A DNA stretch of 50,868 nt from Hyphochytrium catenoides (taxonomy: Eukaryota; Protista; Hyphochytriomycota), in assembly GCA_900088475.1 (NCBI GenBank), contig FLMG01002948.1, positions 1 to 50,868 on the forward strand, written 5' to 3'. Below the pieces are notes generated by a model. The model saw only the letters and a program-made list of their open reading frames with translations. It did no database searches and was not told the DNA's origin. Numbering within the stretch: the first letter of the stretch is position 1; each line of letters starts with the position of its first letter. Below are positions 13,101 to 22,969 of the stretch, piece after piece. Position numbers and translations under genes: made by a program.

Positions 13101-13777
13101 AGAGAGAGTGAGAGAGAGAGAGAGGAGAGTGTTAGAAGAGAGAAAGCGTTTCGCGAGACATCGGCAAAGAGGAGATGCTACGGGCAGAAACGACAGGATG
13201 CAAAAGACATTGGAAAGCAGTCTAATGGTTAGGCACATGGAATGGAGCCCTTGGAAGGCGAGAAGCTTCATACCCTTTCCTGCATAGCTCTAAGGAAGCT
13301 AACACCGTCCATGACCGGCATCATGACATCGCAAAGGACCAAGTCCACAGGTTGCGTCAGCTCTGCTCGTTCCAGCACCTGCAGAGCCTGCAGCCCGTTC
13401 TCTGCGCAGCTAACCTACAAGATAAACGACGTGAGAAAGCATAGGCAAGAGACAGCCACAAATTACTATCTAAGACTAGATCAAGGTACCAGCCAAAGAG
13501 AGAAAGTAGAAGGGACCAGAGGAACGGCTAAAAAAGGAAAAGGCACCAAATGGTTATTGAGAAGCTCAACCAGGGGAGATGGGAGATGCAACTCTGTAAC
13601 CTCACTATGCCTCACCTGGTAACCACAGGTCCGGAGGATGTCATAGGTAATTTCCCGTGTAGTCTGCAGATAAGACAGCGGCGTCAGCGTTTCTCAAACA
13701 TAAGAAAACGAACCCATAGAGCGCACCTGATCATCCTCCACCAGAAGAATGTGGACTTCAGAGATGTCAACTGCCAT
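7874..13777 (-). CDS. Response-regulator receiver - NIMA-related (NEK) Ser/Thr kinase - DEP - DUF547 fusion protein, about 841 aa
   Basis: Fifteen exons (13777-13727, 13663-13616, 13414-13274, 13062-12851, 12607-12478, 12345-12046, 11897-11718, 11490-11326, 11011-10862, 10753-10607, 10188-9976, 9686-9520, 9395-9223, 8770-8509, 8060-7874) join with compatible phases to 2526 nt ending in TAG. Receiver: [37 protein letters not shown]. Kinase: [71 protein letters not shown]: [29 protein letters not shown]547: [39 protein letters not shown]. Confidence 0.85.
11326..12607 (-). other. NEK-family protein kinase domain exons of the fusion gene
   Basis: All catalytic subdomain motifs are present. NEK-like signatures: [49 protein letters not shown]. 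Confidence 0.92.
12900..13777 (-). other. Receiver (REC) domain exons of the fusion gene
   Basis: The acidic pocket (EDD), the phospho-acceptor Asp (LCDVMMP), the switch Thr/Ser (VMTS) and the conserved Lys-Pro (LIKP) are all present across exons 1-4. Confidence 0.9.
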
Positions 13778-14930
13778 GGTGTCAACAGGGGCAGATGCGG
13801 CCTACGCTTGACTATCAGACGTCACAAGGATCATCCTCCTCAAGTTGCCAAAGGGAAAAAGGGTAGATAGAGCCTCCTGCGTGTCTTCGTGGGCTGCGGG
13901 GTTCCTTCTTGGGCCAATGAGGTCGGAATCAGATATCCCGACAGCGTACAAGCTCGCCACCGCCGCTCTCCGGGAGCTACGCCTCGCAAGGGAGGACACT
14001 TGCAACAGCCCGCAGCTTCACCAGAGTCTAACTGTTTCGTCAGCTCGAACACGCCAGTCGGGCTCTTCTCCAGGTCTAGCCAGCTGGTGCTCTGGCAGCT
14101 TCTCTGGCTGTTCTCACATCGAGTAGTGTAGGTCGAGAAATAGAGCTTCTGATGAAGGCGCCGAGGCTTGAACGCAGCGGCAAGAAGTGCGAAAATCGAG
14201 GTGCTTTAAGTCTGCGACTCCAATCTCGCTGAAGAATCCTCGTCTTCATGTTAACAGATATTTAAAGGTTATTACTCTCATAGTTATCGAACTAGCTAGT
14301 TACTGTGACTTGTCAATTAGATTCATCTTAATGCAGAACCGCCCCAGTAGTATGGCATTTCGCGCCATTGGAAAAGCTTCAAAACACAATCTCAGACAAT
14401 CTGGAAAGCTCTGTGAGAGAAGCAAGAAGCAGCCGTGGATTAATCTCTCAATATCGGGGGAAAGAGAACCCATGGTCCCTGTCAAGGGACAGCTAGACGC
14501 AGTCCAACCTACGTCGCAGCAGTTTGACGTCCCAGTAACAGAGTTACCNNNNNNNNNNNNNNNNNNNNNNNNNNNNNNNNNNNNNNATAATATGTGATGT
14601 CCCCCCGCCTCTGGCACATTTCACCTTGCTACCAAACCTTTCGTTGAGGCTGCTCTATTGGAGGTGCATAGTGCTTGTCTCAAGATATATACAGCATTAT
14701 CTTTATATGGATACCCTATGGACATAAATAAGGCAGAGGACCTGAACGCAACGCCTTGCTCCTTCGGTCTTCATTTATCAACCAATCTTCCTTGTGCATA
14801 GGGTTAGGCACCACGACTAGGGAGAGAGGACATTGTTGAGACGTGTAAAATGGTTTGGCGAACTCTCTGTCCTGAGCTGGGACCCCGCTGGTTTACTCCC
14901 TTCGGTGTGTCTTTCCCTGCCAGATGTTAG

Positions 14931-17900
14931 CTAACTCCCCTGTTCAGGGGCAGTAGTGTAATAAGAAGAACCATAGTTCTCTGGTCGGGGCTGACTGTCA
15001 TACTGCGGCTCTGTATATTGGTAGGAGGTAGCTGCACCTTGTTCGCCATAGTCATAAGGGTAAGGAACTGCTGGAGGCTGCTCAGGATAGAGAGAAGACC
15101 TTTGAGTAGCTTCCTGGGAATAGGTGGATTGAACCGGGGCCATGGGCTCCGGGGGATAAAAGTAGGTGGAGGAGGAGCTACCATCCTGCGCATAAGAGTA
15201 AGGAACTGTCGAGGTCAAGTCCATCGGATAAGGCGCGGTGGCGTCCTTCCCTTCAGAGGCGTACGAAGTAAAGGACCCAGGGTCTTGATGGACTGCAAAG
15301 GACTCGGACGGGTCTACCGCAATGATAGGAAGGCCAGCAGATGGAGCAGAGACAGCCACGTCCTCTGAGTTGTGAGGAGGAAGGAGAGAGACACTTTCCG
15401 TTGCCAAGGGGAAGGTGGAACTATCAGAAGAGGGGAGAGAAGTGTTGGCGGGGTGCTGAAGCGCTGGATAGCTTTCTGCGGACTGACGAATACGGTCAGA
15501 ATCCCTGATTATGGGAATGATTGAAGAGGCTATTTCTTTTGAAGGAGGCGCAAGGCCTCTCGGACTGGTTCCTGATACAGAAGACAGATTGCCCTCCGCG
15601 GGAAGAGAAGCCGCCAGATCCTTGCTTTGCTCCATGGCAGAGAGAGAAGAAGAAGCCGCCAGATCCTTGGTTTGCTGCATGGCAGAGAGAGGAACAGACG
15701 CCGCCGGATTCTTGCTTTGTTCCAGGGCAGAGAGCGGCGGGTAAGCTCTACCTTTCCTTTTCTCTGTCTCTCGCCACATTGTGATAAGAGAGCGGAGCGG
15801 CGCCACCTCTATCCGCGGCTCCCTTTGCAGTGCGTTTGCTATCTCCTTTTCGATGTGCAGCACCAACTGAGTAAAGAGAGATCACTTAGCTCTTTCTCAA
15901 TAATCGTTCAAATGAGGGCTCACAAGAGCGACCTGCAGCAGGTGGCCAAGAAAGACCCCCGCGAAAGAGCGGACACAGAGTACTGAATAGCAGTATACCG
16001 ATATAACGTGAAGGGTCGAAGAACAGGTAGCGTATGACGGGAGAGTGCAGAACGTGAAGGCTAAGCCGAGAGGGTGACGGCTTCCTCACCTTATTCCCCA
16101 AGGTTGGCAATGGTAGGAACATCAACTTTCCAAGACACTGCACCGATAGAGTAGTCTTCCACGCGGCGCCCTGGACATAGGAGAAGATGACCGGTGAGAT
16201 GGAGATAAAAGGATGCATGAAAGGTCCACGAAAGGGCCCTTAATGGAAAGGGTAAGAAGTAGACACAGCAGAAGCGGGTACAGCGACAACCTGACTGATG
16301 CCTCTCGACCCATCGTTTTCGGGACCGGGATGGCCGTCAAAGTATTGCTGAAGTGCCGACGTAGACGCATGAAAGAGGATATCTTCCATCTTTCCCTGCT
16401 GAACAGAATCTGCGGGTGCAGGTGGCATGAGCTGGTAAATAAAGTACACTGGCCAAGAACACAGTGGCAGAGAACATCTTTTTGGACAGCGGGTGGGCAT
16501 AACATTTCTACCGACAGCAGCTGATGACAAGAGATAGAGAGCGATGAAGATCTAAAGGCGTAAGTAGAGACCTTACCCTTGAATCTGCTACCTAGGATTA
16601 TAAGCGCTACGCTGGCTTGTCCGGCATAAATTGGCTCATTTATGCAAAGATCCATAAGCCTTTGTACCAGTACCGAGGTGCTGGAAATAGAGAGACGCCG
16701 ATGCGCACAGACGACCGAGAGTAGATTGAAGTCCAGGTCGCAATTAAGCTGGAAGCAGCCAAAACGTCACTCGGGATGCGTCGCACAAACTCGAGGAGGA
16801 TAATGACACCGAGGAAAAAGAGAACCAGGAGTAGACACAAGCCCCAAGAGAGTAACAGTGGACCAAGGGAGAAAAGTCGGATGGAGAAGACAGGAGATGT
16901 TACCTTCCCGCTGAGTTGCTTAACGAGTGTCGGAACTAACGGGTTGACAGGTACCAGCTCAAAACGACGAAGGAAGGCACATAAATTCGAGCTGATAAGC
17001 GATCGGATATGCTGCTGGCCAGCATGGTTCTCTACCCAGCTAAGGTGAGCAGATTAGGATATGCAAGAATGCGATGGAGCGAGAGAGAGATATCCAGCCG
17101 ACAGAGGCACAGACTACACCCTGAAGAAGGAGGTAACGAGAAAGCCCTTTGAACACGAGCCAAGTCCGCCAAACTTATGAGATCACCCAGGTGATAGATA
17201 TAAAGTCAGAAAGTAAGGATCAGTGTCACATTGAGGCAAACTTAGACTTTGCCGACCCGCTTCCCTTCTTCTTTACCTGAATAGGACCATCTTGAACACC
17301 AGCTCGGCGTAAGCATTCTGACATGAGGCAAAGCGACATAGGAGGGAGAAGAGAAGAGCAACGCATGTGGTCTGTACACCCCAGCTTGGAGTCTTTATCT
17401 GTGACGTGAGAAAGAGTAAGGTAGGTCATCCGCGGGAACATTTTACCTTGACAGTAAACTTTGGAAGATAATCTTAATGGGGAAAAACTAGATATGGTGG
17501 ACTGTCAGAATGCAGAAAGTGATAGATAGAAAGGGCGGTTAGGACGGAGATAGATACATAGTAAACGTGAGAGCCTCGACAATCATAGCAGGTTCTTATG
17601 CCACTAGAGAGAAGACAGAGACGACAAAGAGAAGGAAAAACAGATGACAGGATTCGGAGCGGAAGGACAGTAGCACGAGCTCGCATGAAAAAGGGATGAC
17701 TAAGTGCATCTAGGCGATGGTACTTCACTTACCCCTCGCCTTACAAGCGCCAGAATAGAATCTCCAATTGGCTGCTGCTGACTGGACCTCCGCTCAGGTC
17801 CTGGGGACGAGCTTCCGCTCTCTCCTTCCCTCCATCCCTTGTCGTCCCCTTCAGCGCTCTTTTCCGCAGATATGGTTGACAGCTCTGGCAGCTGAGCCCA

Positions 17901-20587
17901 GACGTCACACATCAAGTTAAGGGAGCTCAAGGTTTCTGGCGAATCTGTAGGAGACTCTTCTACAATCTAGAAAGAAGGGCAGACTTGTGAGCGGGAGAAG
18001 TCGACGGTGCTAGAAACCAGCTCTGTAGAGGTGTTCAATGTGGAGCCAGTCATTGGGACAAAGAGAAGGGTTGCACCTAAACGTTTTGGGCGGAAGCTCC
18101 TTCCACATCAAGCACTACTACTTTTGCTTCCCTTCCTTTCCGATCTCACCTTCACGCAGTGCTGTAGAACGCGTCTCACTGCCGGCGCACCTTGTAGCAG
18201 CTTTCGAACTCTCGATGCCTGCATTGAAGGATAGAGTCTTAGCTCTAGTGGGCACAGAGGACAAACGCCCTAATAGAGGGTATAAGGATATCACAGCAAA
18301 GTGGTTTATCAATGGAGAAGAACGGTAAGAAAGACGAAAGAAAATGATCGTGGTGAAGTGTACAGGGAACGCAGTATTCACCAGGGGCTCTGTACAGGTA
18401 AGAAGCCCCGTGAAGAGCATGTGAGTGAGCTCTAAGCGGTACAACGCAGACTGCCCAGCCTGAGATATCGTGTGCAGTAGCAGGGTGGGGACATGATCCT
18501 GCAGCAATAGATATTAGAATAGCAGGACGAACTCTGCAGTGAGAGGTGATGACATGAATTAGTACATGGCCGAGGGGAGACGCTCGTCCAATGCAGTACT
18601 TGCTTGAGCTAAAGGCTTGAAGAACAAAAGCAAGGGAGAAACTGGCCTGTTAAGCTGCCAAACACTGTCGTATGCAGAGCAGCTAGGTGGAGTAATTGGC
18701 GGGGTAGGATAACCAACTAATAAGAGACCTGTGTGAAGTTTGCTATCAGTTCCATTAACGGACAGAGAAGTCCATGCCGCGCGCAACATTTCCAGATAAG
18801 CTCCAGCCCTGCGCTCTCCTTGCTCACCAGCCAGCTCCAAGACACCTCCTGAAGCTCGGAGGATTGGCCACAAAGCGAACTGAAGCTGCTCATACAGTAC
18901 ATAAGCGGGAGATCAAGATTAGATGAGCCATATAGAATGACAGGAGGAGAGCGGGCATATAAGGAGATATCGTTACCTAGCCAAGATGTCCGCGGACGCT
19001 GCCGCAATTCTACGATCCTCGGAACATAGTCCGGACTTGAAAATTGAGAGAACGTTTAGATAGCTGTGTAGCCCTTCACATCGGACCATCTCCAAAAGCC
19101 GCTCATTACAGCGAATGATACTGGAGAGCCAGAAGAAAATCCTTGAGTTCCCTATGCTTGAGTCCAGCTCGTCTCCGTGATCTGCCAAACAGCGGAGAAG
19201 GCGAGGCATAGAAGGTAAGCACAGAGGTCAGTAGGACATGGGCCACACAGCGCAAGGTTCCGGACGCACACCGCGCAAGGTTCCGGAAGTGAGAGATCTA
19301 ACATGAACCGGAGTGCGACGTCATGTAATAAGACACAAGTAGGAACAACAGGATATTTCCCGCACTCTCCGTACCATGCTGAAAGGGAATGATGCCTGTT
19401 GAGATCATATGGAAGAGCTGGTTTCTGCTCGTACAGAGGAGCTCTTCAACCTCTCGTCCCCTTAACGCCAAGTCTTGGGCCATAAGCACGGCAACCAACT
19501 CTCCTGACGTACTCACACTATTCTCTAACTCCAAGGATAGCGGGCCGCCCATATCCAAGATGCTTATTATAGGCCGCAGACATAGCTTAAGGTTCTCCCT
19601 ATCTTTGCCACCTCCGTCTAGTATCATATCGGGCGCTTTCTTGGGACTTCGCTCTTCTTTCTTGGCTCCTCCCTGTAGCTGCTCCATAGGATCTTTAAGC
19701 AACCGTCCCCCGGGCGAAGGAGGGCCGGTGTTAGAAGGAACTCCTAGAGCGTTGGAAGGGGAGATGCTCATCTTCGGGGGTGAATGGGAAGGCTCCTTGC
19801 GAGCTAGGACAGCTGGAGCTCCCTCTTTCCTTTCTCTTTCTCCCTTCGGTAAGAGTAGTGGACTTCCATTTGCTTGGGAGAGTATATCTCCTTTGTCCGG
19901 ACTACATTTCCTAGCGCTGCCCTTTCTTTCTAGTTTCCCCGGTCCTTGTCCGGTGTCTACTTGCTCGTCAAAGAGGCGTTGAACATCCTTGAGCAGAAGG
20001 GCAATGACATCGAAATCTGTGACAGGAGATAACAAATACGTGGCAAAGAGTTGAAGGAAGATAAGAGCCTCACAAACCAGTATACAGGCTAGGATTGAGA
20101 ACTGCAATGCGGCCATCAGCGGGTATCTAAGAGGAAGCGGGTCATTTTAGAGTCAGAGGAGATTGTAGGCCTACCTCCAGCGACTATGAGAGTCTTCATA
20201 TCCTGATCTAGCTGAATGCCTAGAGCTTCAAACAACGGCACAAGTACATTCCAGTTGTGAAGTCGCTGGACAGGAGAGCGAACCTGTCAACACGGGCGAC
20301 AGTGAGGAGTGATAGAGCGAGGAGTATATGGAGAAGGCGCTAACCACTACTCATGCTCATATCAAGAAGATGAGTTCCGATCACAGTGATCCTGAAGTCA
20401 ACTCGGAAGGAAAGGGGCGTGGAATGAACACATGTGAAGGATGCAGGGGTGAATGCAGTAGATAAAGAAGAGATCTTCGGGGTAAGAAGGGAGATCATAA
20501 AATAGGAAGAGAGAAACAACGAGAAAAAGAGAGAGTGAGAGTGAGAAAGTTATAGAGAAGAGAGTGAGAGAGAGAAGGTTATGAATA

Positions 20588-20657
<70 letters not shown>

Positions 20658-21963
20658 CGGTACGAGAAAGGAAGCAGGAGATAAAGTGGAACATATCGCG
20701 ACCGTCTGGCAATAAGTGAAAGTACTGACCTCGTAAATGAGACTTTGAGAAATACTTCTCATGTTCGGCAACTCCACTTTGTTGAATAGAAAAGGTATTA
20801 GCTGGGTAAGGAAAGAGAAGAGACCGAGACCATCCCATAACTCTTTTTCTCTCTCCTTGGTAAGGCCATACATACCGTCTCCCAGAGGAATGAAGTCCTC
20901 AAGAGGGAGAACATCAAATCGAAGGAGTTGGTTTCGAAGCTGCCCGTGAAAGAGAGAAGGGGTGAAATAGAAGGGAGGACCAGTGCGAGGTTAGAGACAA
21001 GAGACAGCGATACCCTGCAAAGGAATGTAGTTACTTCTCTTACTCGATGCGCAATTTGGATGCGATAGTCTTCAGTCTTCTTAATGTCCTTTGCTCTGGG
21101 AGAACGGCGCCAAGAGGAGGACTCTTCTTGGACTCTATCCGGCCCTATCTGGGCTGAGATGCTGGGAGAAGGACGCGGGGGTGATGCGCCAGAAGCTGAA
21201 GGCCGGGAGGAGCGAGGAGGAGAAGTGGCTGATACTCGTTTTGCCTTCGTCAGCGTCTCTGGTTCTTGACCATCTTGCCTTATTGCTTGTGGCTCGGTTG
21301 GTCGAGTTTCCTGAACATAAAGGTGCAAGAGAGAGAGAGGACAGGAGAGGACTGTGAGACGGAGATCAAGGAACATTTGTCACGGTTAGGACGTCAACCC
21401 TGGCTGAAGGGCCACAAGGTGGCGTAGAAGATCGAAGGGATACAACAGGGCTAGATAAAGTAGAAACTATGCAGTTAGAAGACTGCTAGGACAGGAAGGT
21501 GTCGACGAGGACAGACGAAGAAAAGGTTGAAGGATAGCCAAAGCTCAAACAGACTTGATCTGCAGGAGACAGGGGAGTTAGTTAAGCTTGCGAGAGACAG
21601 GCCTAGTGAAGGTAGAAAGGAGCCCACCTCTGCGTTGTCTGCAAGAAGCTGCTGTAGCAAGCTGGGATTGACATGGATGACTTCCTTCTTGAGAGGAGGA
21701 GAGGCAACAGACTCCACGATTGGAGCATCAACTCGCTTCTGACCCTTTCTTATCGCCCCCTTCTCCTTGTCTTTTGTCCTTTGGCTTTCTCCCGAGTAGC
21801 TAGAAGGAGGATCTTTAGTATCATCTTCCTTCTTTACCCCTTGGTAGCGCGTAAGATAGCCTTGGGCGGCGGAGGAGGGAGCTTGCGGGACAGAAGAAGT
21901 CAGAACCTTCCCATTACTTGTTTTCTTGCTGCCAACGCGAGCAACCGGCTTGCCCGGTTTCAT
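14931..21963 (-). CDS. Large uncharacterised multi-exon protein: charged low-complexity N-terminus, calponin-homology-like segment, alpha-helical (ARM/HEAT-like) body, Ser/Pro/Tyr/Gln-rich C-terminus
   Basis: Coding-like minus-strand segments with splice signals run from the ATG at 21963 (MKPGKPVARV) to TAG at 14931. The segment LWDGLGLFSFL...QRLHNWNVLVPLFEALGIQLDQDMKTLIVAG|DFDVIALLL resembles the NW..L...GD pattern of CH_2/SPEF1-type domains. Internal exon boundaries were not all resolved. Confidence 0.6.
15608..15737. repeat. Three tandem copies of a 45-bp coding repeat (15 aa, LSAMEQSKDLAASxx)
   Basis: Units start at 15608, 15653 and 15698 (aagccgccagatccttg..tgc..catggcagagaga) within the last exon of the minus-strand gene. 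Confidence 0.85.
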
Positions 21964-22969
21964 GGCTGCTCACAGGCGGGAACTGTCATCTCGTATTCGA
22001 GGCATGACAGCAGGCGTCAGAAGGACAGTGTGCTCTGTGAACGGTGACGGCAGTGCTTCACGCATCTAAATCAAGATGAACAGGAGGAACACATCTTTCG
22101 CTAATCTCCTACATCAGGAGGTAGTCAAAAAAGATAGAGGGAGAGAGAACGACACGAAGGACGGAACAACCTCGCCCGATAGCGTCTTCAGGCAGCAAAC
22201 TTCAAATTGTGAAGTGTGTTGGTGGAAAGCAAAGCAGACAAGTAGCAGAGAAGCGAAGTATAATACAAGGAAGGTCTCAACATTGGCTATATAGTAAACA
22301 ATTGCGTCTAGTATTCGTACAAGGCGGGTAAGACACCGATGACAAAGCTTCGCCAGTCTCTCTTATAGGAGCTTCAGCAATCGGGGCGAATTCTGAAGCT
22401 TGATGAAGCTTGAGACTTGCCTCTTCGAACAGTTACTTGCACAAGTCGAACAAGTCCAGTAACTACTTGTACTTGAAATGACCTTTCGAACATAATCACG
22501 AAAGGAAACTGATATGGTGGAGGCACGGTTGATAATCATATATCACTAGTATCCTGTGGATATGTGAAGTGATTCTTGGCGGAGATTTTGAGATTGCTTT
22601 CTGAAGTAAATTACAAAGCACATCAGCTTTGGTTCTATTTGAGCTTCCGGATTAAAATTATAATGTTTAGAGAAATGAAGCTCTTATTATGATCATTGGA
22701 TAGCTCTGAAGTGAATGTGGGTTGGGCTCGATTGCAGTTACAGCTGCCTGCGCGTAGGCCGATGAAGTGGCAACGTATGTCTGATGTGAACTCTTATCGA
22801 GAAATGATCAAGCAGGAGTTGGGTATTCAGAGTGAGCAGCGCTGTGTACGCCGGCGGGGTGACGGTCATTCCCGTGGATAGAAGTTTGCAGTCATGCTTA
22901 ATGGTGTCCTCCTCGTCCTCCGTCCGTCGAGAATGCGAGAAGTCATGGCATAACTGACCTAACAGAGAG
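21964..22969. promoter_or_regulatory. Probable divergent promoter region between the CH-like gene (-) and the INTS5-like gene (+)
   Basis: Head-to-head orientation, with an AT-richer core at about 22250-22700 and a cluster of AGCT(T) words. Confidence 0.4.

Noticed and set aside
19250-19288. Direct repeat gcgcaaggttccgga (two copies) in an intron
   Set aside because: A short local duplication with no sign of function or of a mobile-element boundary.
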